This document shows positions 39,323-48,295 of a stretch of DNA of 64,000 bases, piece by piece. Source of the stretch: Candidatus Thorarchaeota archaeon (GTDB taxonomy: Archaea; Asgardarchaeota; Thorarchaeia; Thorarchaeales; Thorarchaeaceae); assembly GCA_003345545.1 (NCBI GenBank), contig PRDH01000012.1, positions 19,177 through 83,176 of the forward strand. The letters run 5' to 3'. Both the position numbers and the translations under genes were made by a program. Under the pieces are notes generated by a model. That model was not told where the DNA came from, made no database searches, and saw nothing but the letters and a program-made list of their open reading frames with translations. Position 1 is the stretch's first letter. Every line of letters begins with the position of its first letter.

Positions 39323-40552
39323 GTGCACGACCTTCTAGTCATAGGTGGAGGACCAGCAGGGGCAACCTGTGCTAGAAGAGCCGCGCAGAAGGGGCTGGAT
39401 GTAGTCCTTATTGAGAAAGCAATCCATCCACGGGAGAAGACGTGCGGCGGTGTCCTGAGTCCGAAGGCCGTGCACTTGCTTGACTTCGATGTTTCACATC
39501 TCTTTGAGAGGGAGTTTCATGCTGCACTTGTTCATACGCCGGCAGGAAGACGCACGCTCTTGACTCGTGATGGACTCAGAGGATACCTCGTACAGAGAAG
39601 TACATTCGACGACTTCCTGCTCAAGAAGGCTCACGAGGCAGGAGCGGAGATTGTTCAAGGAACCAAGGTCGTGGCAATCGAACAGCTTCGGAAAGGAATC
39701 CGTGCGCTCTGTGCTGGTGACTCCTATAGGGCGCATCTACTGGTCGGGGCTGACGGAGTCAATGGCATTGTAGGCAGGGAACTGAGGATTAGAAGCAGGT
39801 GGGATCCGGATTCCGTCGCTGTATGCATTAAGGCTGAAGTTGAAGTCGACCCATCAGAGATCAATAGAATGTGCACCCCGGAGGAAGGGCATGGTCGGAC
39901 TGCTCTCGATTTCTACTATGGGCTTATTGAGTGGGGATATGGATGGTGCTTCCCTAAACGCGATACCCTCGATATCGGTATAGGATGCAGGATGGACCGG
40001 GCTCGAAACCTTCGTGACAAATGGGAGGTGTTGATTTCGCATGTCAACAGGACAAAGGGGTTGGACCTCAAGGTCACAGCGAAGACATCGGCTCGAGTGC
40101 CATTTGGTGGAATAATCGGAAGCTATGTTGCAAGACGTTCGATGTTGATTGGTGACGCGGCCGGGCTTGTATCGCCCGTATCAGGAGAGGGAATCTCATA
40201 TGCTATCGAGTCTGGAACAATAGCTGCTGATGTTGCATTTGAGGCGGTCAGGAACAGGTCCGCTGCCCGAATTGTCGAGTATGAGCATAGACTAGGACAG
40301 GGACTACTTAGAGAGCTGAAGGAACTGAGATGGCTTGCGAGAATTCTCTACAGGTCAAACAAGAATATCGAACTCATCTGTGCGATTGTTGACGAGGACT
40401 CCGTAATGAGAGAGTCCTTGACAGATCTGTTGGCAAGAGCCAAGTCGCAGTCAGATTTGTTGCGTCAGATTCGCAAGAGAATGCTCCTACGATACCCCCT
40501 CAAGACGATTAGGCTGGGTCTCCAGCAGTCTGGGCAGTCCCGGGCTGTATGA
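39323..40552 (+). CDS. Geranylgeranyl reductase family flavoprotein
   Basis: GGGPAG, R.K.CGG, GADG, GYGWCFP, GDAAG..SP.SGEGI. Confidence 0.9.
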   Translation: MHDLLVIGGGPAGATCARRAAQKGLDVVLIEKAIHPREKTCGGVLSPKAVHLLDFDVSHLFEREFHAALVHTPAGRRTLLTRDGLRGYLVQRSTFDDFLLKKAHEAGAEIVQGTKVVAIEQLRKGIRALCAGDSYRAHLLVGADGVNGIVGRELRIRSRWDPDSVAVCIKAEVEVDPSEINRMCTPEEGHGRTALDFYYGLIEWGYGWCFPKRDTLDIGIGCRMDRARNLRDKWEVLISHVNRTKGLDLKVTAKTSARVPFGGIIGSYVARRSMLIGDAAGLVSPVSGEGISYAIESGTIAADVAFEAVRNRSAARIVEYEHRLGQGLLRELKELRWLARILYRSNKNIELICAIVDEDSVMRESLTDLLARAKSQSDLLRQIRKRMLLRYPLKTIRLGLQQSGQSRAV

Positions 40553-41474
40553 TGGTGTGGCTCCCATCCTTGTCCAAGGTGACTGTGAGCAGGTCTCGGG
40601 CTAGAATGGTATTGGGAAAGTGTGCTCGTCCCTCATTCAGGATAGCCTCGCCATCATAGTACCTTGGACTATAGTGGGTGAGGATGAGCAATCTAACACC
40701 AACTTCAGAGGCTATCTTGGCGATGGCCTCAGCTGTTGAGTGACCTCGCTCCTCAGCAAGGTCTGTGTGTTCTGCGGTGTACATGGCTTCCGAGATGAGA
40801 ATGTCAGCGTCCTGTGATGCACTTCGTAGTAGCTGACATGGACGAGTGTCTCCAGAGTAGACTATCTTCAGAGACCTTGGGCGTGGTCCTGTGACGTTTT
40901 CAGGTTGGATAATCCTACCATCCTCAAGGGATACCTGGTTCCCTTTTGCAAGGAGACTCCAAAGAGGCCCCTTTGGAACTCCTAGGTCCTCGGCCTTCTC
41001 TGGCATGAACTCTCCCGTTGGATTTTGAAATAGAATTTCATAGCCAAACGCAGGCCCTCGATGGTCGACTTCAAATGCACGAATTGTGATAGGTCCCTCC
41101 TGAAACACGATTCCGGGCCCAATTGCATGGACAACGGTTTCAAAGGTAGTCCCAAGATTGATTGTGGCTTGATTGACCTTGACATACTCGATTATTTCCC
41201 TCGGACCGTAGATGTTCAGGGGTCTCCCTCTTCCTAGGAGCGAGAATCTCAATAGGAGTCCGGGAAGTCCAAGAATGTGATCTGCGTGCATATGAGTGAT
41301 GAAGATCGCCATGTTCTTGTTCAAGCCCAGCCCGGCCTTTTCGATCTGGCGCTGTATATCTTCACCGCAGTCAAAGAGGAAGATCCATCCTAGGTAACGA
41401 ATTGCAATAGCAGGGAGGTTACGACCCTCAGTAGGCATTGATCCACCTGTACCTAGGAATATGATGTCTAGCAT
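40509..41474 (-). CDS. rnz: Ribonuclease Z
   Basis: FLGTGG..P, DCGE, THMHADH, GVPKGP exosite, SGDT, HST, THYS.RY. Confidence 0.95.
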   Translation of the reverse strand: MLDIIFLGTGGSMPTEGRNLPAIAIRYLGWIFLFDCGEDIQRQIEKAGLGLNKNMAIFITHMHADHILGLPGLLLRFSLLGRGRPLNIYGPREIIEYVKVNQATINLGTTFETVVHAIGPGIVFQEGPITIRAFEVDHRGPAFGYEILFQNPTGEFMPEKAEDLGVPKGPLWSLLAKGNQVSLEDGRIIQPENVTGPRPRSLKIVYSGDTRPCQLLRSASQDADILISEAMYTAEHTDLAEERGHSTAEAIAKIASEVGVRLLILTHYSPRYYDGEAILNEGRAHFPNTILARDLLTVTLDKDGSHTIIQPGTAQTAGDPA

Positions 41475-41535
41475 TGATAATTCACTCTGGTCCTACAATG
41501 TCGCACAAGATATGGGTTTTGCCGCGTAGATGCCT

Positions 41536-42963
41536 CTATGCGAGGTCAAGGGGAATGTTGTAGGGAGATGCTTCCTTCCTCAAAACGCTGTAGGTGACTG
41601 CATCAAAATGCCGAGAAACATCATATGCCCAAGTGTTTTGGCGGCGGTCATACATACTTGAAACCTTGGTGACCCCACCCATTCCTGCAGCAACAGTCCA
41701 CGCAGAGTAGTCGTCCACCTTCGAGGTTTCATCGTTGAGCACACTAAGTACAGATGTACCTGAACCTGCTGGAAGGGCGGATATCAGTAACACCTTCTCA
41801 TCGGAGTTGTCCTCGAGATTGGAGATTCGGCTTATATATGTCAGGGGCAGATTCTGCCAGCCCGGAGTGAGATTGCCTCCCACCTCAGGGCTACACATGA
41901 CAACTATACGGTCACTCAATTGTGATATATTGACCCGTGCCCGAGAGATGACGGTGCCCTTCGCAAGAAGGCTAGCTCGTTTCCGGAAGACGGTGGATAG
42001 AGACAACCCTGTTTTCTTGGCAATATCGTTCGCGGTGTCATCCAAGCTCTCAATCAATGCATCCATCACTTGAGTGTCCCCATATGTGAAGCGAGTGTTT
42101 TCCGTGGTAGAAGGAACTGGAATATCAGCCAGAGTAATAGGATCGCCACCCTTTCGTAGCATAAGTCGGAAATGTAGGAGGTCAAGAGTCCATCCCTTCT
42201 GCGGGTCAGAATAGAGGCCACTGAAACTGGGATGACCTGTCGAAAGACTATAGACTGATGCATTCGTTGTTGAGTTCCTCAGACTCCTGACGGTATCCAT
42301 GAGGTCCTTCCGCTTAATGTATGGAACTATGGCAACAATCAGAACCAACGGAGAGTAGCCATCGACAAAGAGCTCTTTTTGGCAGTACGGACCCGACAAG
42401 ACGAGAGAAGGATTTTCAAGGACTATGAGAATGCGTTCTAAGCCGAGCTGGTCTGTATTCAGCATGCCTCCAATCTTAAGAGCTCCACTTTCGCTGAGCC
42501 GCTTTTGAGCTCGACGTGCCTGAGGGTAGCTAAATCCGGCTCTCTCAGAGAGGCTCTTCAGTGAATCTCCAGGAAACTTCAGTACTGCTTCAAGAAAGGG
42601 CAGTTCTGTCTTTGTGAGCGTTGAGATGTTGTCAGCCCACAACTTATCGATTAGCGACATAATATCCCTCTGTGTGATAATCTCCACACCGCCAAGTCTG
42701 AGGACTTGCCTTAGCCGCTTCATGAGCAATGGATAGAGATGCCCTCTGTATGATTTGACAATCTTACGTAGATGTGCAGTGTCTGCATCTTCGCTGAATA
42801 CCTCTATCTTGCCGCCAGTCTCGCTGACCTGTATGAATCTCAGAATGGCTCTAGCGCTTGGCGACAGTTTCCTGTCAAGTTTGAGGGCAGCTTCATCATC
42901 TGGCATCAAGTCGTCTTCCTGAACACGGTCATCTGAATCGGACTGCGTCATCACTACTACCAC
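41536..42963 (-). CDS. Tandem Lrp/AsnC-like winged-helix protein
   Basis: Two HTH segments (SLKSLSERAGFSYPQARR; ANDIAKKTGLSLSTVFRK), each followed by a RAM-like domain. Confidence 0.65.
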   Translation of the reverse strand: MVVVMTQSDSDDRVQEDDLMPDDEAALKLDRKLSPSARAILRFIQVSETGGKIEVFSEDADTAHLRKIVKSYRGHLYPLLMKRLRQVLRLGGVEIITQRDIMSLIDKLWADNISTLTKTELPFLEAVLKFPGDSLKSLSERAGFSYPQARRAQKRLSESGALKIGGMLNTDQLGLERILIVLENPSLVLSGPYCQKELFVDGYSPLVLIVAIVPYIKRKDLMDTVRSLRNSTTNASVYSLSTGHPSFSGLYSDPQKGWTLDLLHFRLMLRKGGDPITLADIPVPSTTENTRFTYGDTQVMDALIESLDDTANDIAKKTGLSLSTVFRKRASLLAKGTVISRARVNISQLSDRIVVMCSPEVGGNLTPGWQNLPLTYISRISNLEDNSDEKVLLISALPAGSGTSVLSVLNDETSKVDDYSAWTVAAGMGGVTKVSSMYDRRQNTWAYDVSRHFDAVTYSVLRKEASPYNIPLDLA

Positions 42964-43024
42964 CTGAATAGTTCAAAGCGAGTGTTACTGATGGTAGATT
43001 GTCTGGAGCTGAGAATATAAGCTC

Positions 43025-43801
43025 CTAAATCGGCCTGGAGTCTTTCCACAGAGACTCAAAATAGCTTGACGACATGGCTGCGAAGATTGCGTGACTGCTA
43101 TATATCCCGAGAAACTCGTTGCTATCTTCTCCACCGGGCAGCATGATCAGGGTGTTTCGTTGATCAACTACAAGGCCTGCCCCAAAAACACGTTCTCTAG
43201 TTCTCACCTCAAACTTTCTGGGAATTTGGTCTTTGAGAGTGTCCGTGATAGAAGATGTCAAGATTCGAACTCTCGCTTTGACTCCAAGAACTCTCTCAAC
43301 GATAACATCCACATCTTCTGCAGAGAGGTCAAAAGATGGCAGTGAGAGAAGCACTTCTTCTTTTGCTGAGTCGAGCATCTCCATGGCCTTTGCAAGAATC
43401 GACGCACGACCATGAACAACCCAGACATCGCGTGTCGTTGCATGTTGCTCTTGCTCAAATAATGGCTGGAGCTCCTCAACGACAACTTTGCTAGACTCTT
43501 TCAGCCTTTCCTCCCACTCGAGCCGGATGAGACGCATGACCTCCGTGGGAGCCTTGGCAACATATGATGTGGGTCTGCCCTTGCGAACTTGGACGAACTG
43601 CTTCTCCTCCAACCGGCCAAGGACATCGTAAATCCGCGAGAATGGCACCTTAGACTTCGCAGAGATATCTGATGCGGCCATCTGGCCACCTCCTACTAGA
43701 GCTAAGTAGGCTTGAGTCTCGTATTCAGTGAGTCCAAGCTGCTTGAGAGCCTTCAGGGTCGCCTCACTTGCGGACATCATTAACACCGAGGTTGAGTTCA
43801 T
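43025..43801 (-). CDS. TrmB family transcriptional regulator
   Basis: LGLTEYE..AYLAL, VPFSRIYDVL.RL, GRP..Y.A, PLD-like sugar-binding C-domain. Confidence 0.92.
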   Translation of the reverse strand: MNSTSVLMMSASEATLKALKQLGLTEYETQAYLALVGGGQMAASDISAKSKVPFSRIYDVLGRLEEKQFVQVRKGRPTSYVAKAPTEVMRLIRLEWEERLKESSKVVVEELQPLFEQEQHATTRDVWVVHGRASILAKAMEMLDSAKEEVLLSLPSFDLSAEDVDVIVERVLGVKARVRILTSSITDTLKDQIPRKFEVRTRERVFGAGLVVDQRNTLIMLPGGEDSNEFLGIYSSHAIFAAMSSSYFESLWKDSRPI

Positions 43802-43812
43802 TGTATTCCAAC

Positions 43813-44385
43813 TTAAGGATTCTCAGGTGCACTTGTTTTCCAATCCAAGAATGCTCTGAATGCCTTAGTGCGATGTGAGATACGAACTTTTTCAGAGAGT
43901 GATAGCTGAGCATATGTACAAGAGAAGCCACTCGGAACGAAAATTGGATCATAGCCAAATCCACCCTCTCCAGAGGGGCTCTGGCTGATCGTTCCGGGCA
44001 TCTGGCCGACAAATGATCTCAGAGTATCTTCATCACAGAACGCAACAGCAGTCGCGAATCTAGCGGAGCGGTCTTGAACCCCTTCCAAGAGTTTGAGGAT
44101 CCCGCGGTAACCAATAGTCTGTAAGACATATGCAGCGTAGGAACCCGGAAAATCACTGAGTGATGCTACAAAGAAACCTGTGTCATCAACAACGACAGGA
44201 CGGTTCAGACTCTCATGAGCATGCCTCGCTGCTGCCAGTGCAATCTGCTCGACATCCTGGGATCGTATCTCAAGTTTCTCAAGGTCAGTGGTATCAAAAC
44301 GAACCTTATACTCAGCAAACAGGGGTTTTAGTTCTGCAAGCTTGTGCTTGTTTTGTGTGACTAGGACAATTCTATCCTTTGACAT
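43813..44385 (-). CDS. rdgB: Non-canonical purine NTP pyrophosphatase (XTP/dITP)
   Basis: T.N.HKL.E, DDTG, GFGYDPIF, KxxISHR. Confidence 0.94.
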   Translation of the reverse strand: MSKDRIVLVTQNKHKLAELKPLFAEYKVRFDTTDLEKLEIRSQDVEQIALAAARHAHESLNRPVVVDDTGFFVASLSDFPGSYAAYVLQTIGYRGILKLLEGVQDRSARFATAVAFCDEDTLRSFVGQMPGTISQSPSGEGGFGYDPIFVPSGFSCTYAQLSLSEKVRISHRTKAFRAFLDWKTSAPENP

Positions 44386-45496
44386 ACGAGAGAATCTCCT
44401 TCATCACGCCGTAGGAGGATTTGGTCTTGGAGAGGTCAAACATACCAGAGGCATTCCAGAGGATCATATGCTTCAGACCCTGTGCCGCATAGTCTTCGAG
44501 TCTCTTGATCATAGATTCAGCATCACCTGTCATGTAGAAGTTCTCCAAGACGCTCTGTGGGACGGCATCCATAGCTTTCAGAGTTGTTTCTCTATTGTAG
44601 CGCATCGGAATATAATCTGTGAGAGAGTGGAACTCCTTACCGAAGGGGTGATCATATCCCAGTTTCTTCCACTCACTCGCGGGCAGTAAGAGCGCAAATG
44701 CCTTGGCTAAGGGGGTATTCAGCATCCGCTCACATTCAGAGGGTTCATTATCAAGGATACACCAGTTCCACAACGCTGGTGTGAATACACCTGTTCTGTC
44801 CTTCTTCTTACGATGGGCCTGTATTGTCCTGAGTCGCTCTCCATAGTCCTTTGGTTGTAGAATAGTTGGGAGCCAACCGTCACCATACTCGGCAGCGAGC
44901 TCAAGCATCTTCGGACCGTGAGCAGCAATCCAGATTGGCGGAGGCCGTCCCTCAACAGACGGGCGTAGTGATATCACAGCATCCTTTAGCTTCCAGTATT
45001 TGCCTTCAAAATCAAAGGGAGCATGTGTATCCCAAATCATCCGAATGATGCGTAGAGCCTCTCTCAGTCTTCCAAATTGCCCACTATAGGTGAGCCCGTA
45101 GGGTTCAGTGTTCTCAATCTCTCCGGCACCAATGCCAAGGATTGCCCTTCCACCACTGATATGGTCCAGCGTCAGAAACGTCTGTGCGATGAGGGCAGGA
45201 TGCCTTCTGATGGGCTCAGTGACAGAGGAAACCAACTTGACTCTCTCAGTCACAGCTGCACAGGCACCCATGATGGTGGCCAATTCGTAGTATGTGTGGG
45301 GTGACTGCTGAAGAAACGCTAGAGGAGTTACATCAGAAGTCCAGATACTCTCAGGGATAAAACCAGCAAAGTGGTCAGGGAATGCCATGCTGTCATATCC
45401 CAAGGAGTCAATCGTCTTGGCATTCTTCAGAGCGTTCTCCCAAGGAGGAAGGAAGGGGCCTGGAGCGCCTATCTCAAGATCATGTATGTCGCCCAT
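44372..45496 (-). CDS. LLM-class (F420/flavin-dependent) oxidoreductase
   Basis: PDHF, RHPA..AQ...TLD.ISGGR..LGIGAG, PPIWIAA.GPKML.LA..YGDGW. Confidence 0.9.
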   Translation of the reverse strand: MGDIHDLEIGAPGPFLPPWENALKNAKTIDSLGYDSMAFPDHFAGFIPESIWTSDVTPLAFLQQSPHTYYELATIMGACAAVTERVKLVSSVTEPIRRHPALIAQTFLTLDHISGGRAILGIGAGEIENTEPYGLTYSGQFGRLREALRIIRMIWDTHAPFDFEGKYWKLKDAVISLRPSVEGRPPPIWIAAHGPKMLELAAEYGDGWLPTILQPKDYGERLRTIQAHRKKKDRTGVFTPALWNWCILDNEPSECERMLNTPLAKAFALLLPASEWKKLGYDHPFGKEFHSLTDYIPMRYNRETTLKAMDAVPQSVLENFYMTGDAESMIKRLEDYAAQGLKHMILWNASGMFDLSKTKSSYGVMKEILSYVKG

Positions 45497-46678
45497 CTAT
45501 TCACAAGTCTCCGCAAAATGGATTAGTACTTTCTTCACGGTTTCAAAGTCAGTAAGGTGCATGAACTCATCAATTCCGTGATAATTGTTGTCATCCCTCA
45601 ATGTGCCAAAGCAGGCTGTAGGAATACCATGTGAGATGAAGTAGTGACCATCATTTCCGCCTAGGTCTGCAGAAGTTGTAATATCAGGGTCGACCACTTG
45701 TTTAACGCTTGAATGGAATCTCTTGATGAACCTGTTCTCCCGATCCGACCCCCAGCCAGCATGCTTGCTCTTGAACTCGAGGGTCGCATCCACACATGTT
45801 TCCTCCTTAGCCTTTTCAAAGAAGTCAGTGATGTCTTTGACAACATCCTCGACATCTTCCTCAGGGATGGTTCTGCAGTCAAAGGAGATTTCAGCCTTTC
45901 CGGGAATGATGTTAGTCTTGCTCCCAGCCTTATAGACGGTCATCGAGAATCTACCCCAGAGCGTCCTGTACGGACTACCAGGAGGAGCAGGGAACTCTGA
46001 TTCCACTTTTCGTCTCAGATCAGCATAGTCCAACATGACCTGCATCAATGGCACTGAGAGATGAATCGCATTGGCAAATTTGAAGGGATACCCCGCATGT
46101 CCCTGAGTTCCATGGACAGTAATCGTACCAGCGATGACTCCGCTTGCACCAATGCTCACATACTCTGGTCCAGAGTCAACGACGATTCCAAAATCACCAC
46201 GAATCTTTGGAGGACCGTTCATGAGGTAATCAATGCCCCACTCTCCACCAATCTCTTCATTGGGACTGATCAGGATCTTGTAGTTGACTTTGGCTTTGCC
46301 CTTCTTAATGAGCACTTTAGCGGCGCTCACAGAAACAACAATGTTCCCCTTGTTATCACTCACGCCGCGACCGTAGGCCTTGCCGCCCTTCACTGTAAGC
46401 TTGAATGGAGGGTATTTCCAGTCCTCAATGTCCCCGGGAGGTACTACATCATAGTGCGTGCAGAGAAGTACTGTGGTCTTGGCACCAGCATCCATCGTAG
46501 CAACAATGTTCGGTTGGGCGATACCATCATGTTTGGAGTCGAAGACTTCTACCTTGAGCCCAGCCTCCTCGCAATACCGTTTGACCACATCAGCGCATTG
46601 CTGGTAGTTCTTCTTTTCATCGCTATTGGTATCGAGCTCGACCAGTTCTCGAAGAAAAGCCTCTTCCCACTTGTCCAT
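45497..46678 (-). CDS. M20 family metallopeptidase (DapE/ArgE-like)
   Basis: HYDVVPPG, YGRGVSDNKG, EEIGG, GHA, N.IP, H..DE. Confidence 0.92.
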   Translation of the reverse strand: MDKWEEAFLRELVELDTNSDEKKNYQQCADVVKRYCEEAGLKVEVFDSKHDGIAQPNIVATMDAGAKTTVLLCTHYDVVPPGDIEDWKYPPFKLTVKGGKAYGRGVSDNKGNIVVSVSAAKVLIKKGKAKVNYKILISPNEEIGGEWGIDYLMNGPPKIRGDFGIVVDSGPEYVSIGASGVIAGTITVHGTQGHAGYPFKFANAIHLSVPLMQVMLDYADLRRKVESEFPAPPGSPYRTLWGRFSMTVYKAGSKTNIIPGKAEISFDCRTIPEEDVEDVVKDITDFFEKAKEETCVDATLEFKSKHAGWGSDRENRFIKRFHSSVKQVVDPDITTSADLGGNDGHYFISHGIPTACFGTLRDDNNYHGIDEFMHLTDFETVKKVLIHFAETCE

Positions 46679-46746
46679 CTCTATTTGTCTCCCGCTTATT
46701 GCTAGAATTTACATACATGCTACCTGATTAGTATTATGACACGCGG

Positions 46747-47550
46747 TTATTTCTGGCAGCTCTGGCAATAGTTCGTCTTGAAACGATTTGCATGCACCTC
46801 AGAAACTCGTCCGCCACAGAGGGGACAGATTCCGCCGCCCTTGTTGTGAATCATCAGAAAGTCTCGTTTCTCCTTTGATATCTCATCAAGTGACCTCTCT
46901 GCGAGGATTTCTCGTATGCGAGTCAGAACGTTCCTTACAGATTGATAGAGCTGCTCTGTTTCCTGATGGCTCAAAGAGGACCGTTTCCTGAACGGTAGGA
47001 TTCCTGCATACAGTAGTATCTCATCAGCATAGGCGTTTCCGATACCTTTCACGAATCGTTGATTGCGCAGTACGTTCTTTATCTGGCCATTATGAAATTT
47101 CAGACGTTGCATGAACGCCTCAACCGTCAGAGTGGGGTCGAGGGCTGATGGACCACGATTAGCAAAGCCAGCCACAATTGAATAATCGCCCTTAGGAACG
47201 AGATATACTCGTCCCATCTTTTTAGTATCAGAGTACCAAAGCGCAGGGCCGTCAGTTTGAATTGAAACCATATCTATGCTCGTGGGCTTTTTGTATCTCT
47301 CAAAGACTCGGAATCGTCCGGTTAGCATGGGATTGATGACTATATCATGTTGATTGAGCATGAGAATCAGGAATTTCCCATCAGCCTCAACCCTCTCGAA
47401 CGTTTCACCAATTGCCGTGCTGGAAAAGTCTTCGACAGTACGTCCATGTACAACAATGTGATTATGAACTGAAACCTTGGTTAGACTATGACCCCTCAAC
47501 AGGTCTGTCAAACGTTCACTTATCACTTGAAGCTCTGGAAGTTCTGGCAT
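46747..47550 (-). CDS. Fpg/Nei family DNA glycosylase
   Basis: N-terminal MPELPE, GKFL, H2TH GIGNAYADEIL, C-terminal CPLC...CQSCQ Zn finger. Confidence 0.93.
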   Translation of the reverse strand: MPELPELQVISERLTDLLRGHSLTKVSVHNHIVVHGRTVEDFSSTAIGETFERVEADGKFLILMLNQHDIVINPMLTGRFRVFERYKKPTSIDMVSIQTDGPALWYSDTKKMGRVYLVPKGDYSIVAGFANRGPSALDPTLTVEAFMQRLKFHNGQIKNVLRNQRFVKGIGNAYADEILLYAGILPFRKRSSLSHQETEQLYQSVRNVLTRIREILAERSLDEISKEKRDFLMIHNKGGGICPLCGGRVSEVHANRFKTNYCQSCQK

Positions 47551-47696
47551 ATTGCTGGATTCCGGTGTGCATTCGACCAATAAGAAGAGTATGTATCAAC
47601 AGGGTACTGCAATTAGAGATTGCTATCGCAGATAGCAGGGAAAACAAAGAGAACCAACACGATAGTTTTAGTAATGAATAATGGGCATGTGATTTC

Positions 47697-48293
47697 ATGA
47701 AACCTATAACAGTTTTCCACATTCAGAAGGGTCGGCTTGTTAAGATACCAAATCCTGGTACATTCGGAAGAGGAGACTGCTACCTTGTGGATGCAGGATC
47801 GAAAATCTACCTATGGATAGGGCCGAAGTCAACTGCTGACGAGAAATTCCTGACCGCAGCAACTGCAGTGATGCGCGACACAGACCGAAAAGGAAAGGCA
47901 GACATAGACCGTATCGAAGGAGGTCATGAACCGCCAGAATTCAAGGCTCTCTTTGACAGATTTCAACTCACTGACCAAGACACCGAGGGAATCCTGAGGA
48001 AAGTCCAACTCAAGACCCATGAGCACAAACTCTGGAAGGTGCATCACAGTGGAGCTGAAACATTCTTCGCCGAGGTTCCCCTGAACAAGAGTTCTCTCAA
48101 GTCCGAGGATGTCTTTATTCTCGACGCATGGGATAGCATCTGGGTCTGGCGAGGTAAGAACGCTTCAGCCAGAGAGAAATTCGATGGCAATATTCTTGCA
48201 CGAAGATACGATGCTGAACGCGTTGGTGTGCAAGAGATTGAGATAGTCGAAGAGGGAGAGGAACCACAGGAGTTCCACAAGGCATTTCCATAG
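47697..48293 (+). CDS. Two-domain gelsolin-like actin regulator
   Basis: Two gelsolin repeats: GDCYLVD...IYLWIG..S..DEK...EPPEF and EDVFILD...IWVWRG..AS..EK...EGEEPQEF. Confidence 0.92.
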   Translation: MKPITVFHIQKGRLVKIPNPGTFGRGDCYLVDAGSKIYLWIGPKSTADEKFLTAATAVMRDTDRKGKADIDRIEGGHEPPEFKALFDRFQLTDQDTEGILRKVQLKTHEHKLWKVHHSGAETFFAEVPLNKSSLKSEDVFILDAWDSIWVWRGKNASAREKFDGNILARRYDAERVGVQEIEIVEEGEEPQEFHKAFP

Positions 48294-48295
48294 AA

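Noticed and set aside
44372-46678. In-frame TAG-ATG junction between the M20 peptidase and the LLM oxidoreductase (also uL22/uS3) as a read-through fusion
   Set aside because: Both partners are complete stand-alone families; abutting genes are ordinary operon packing.
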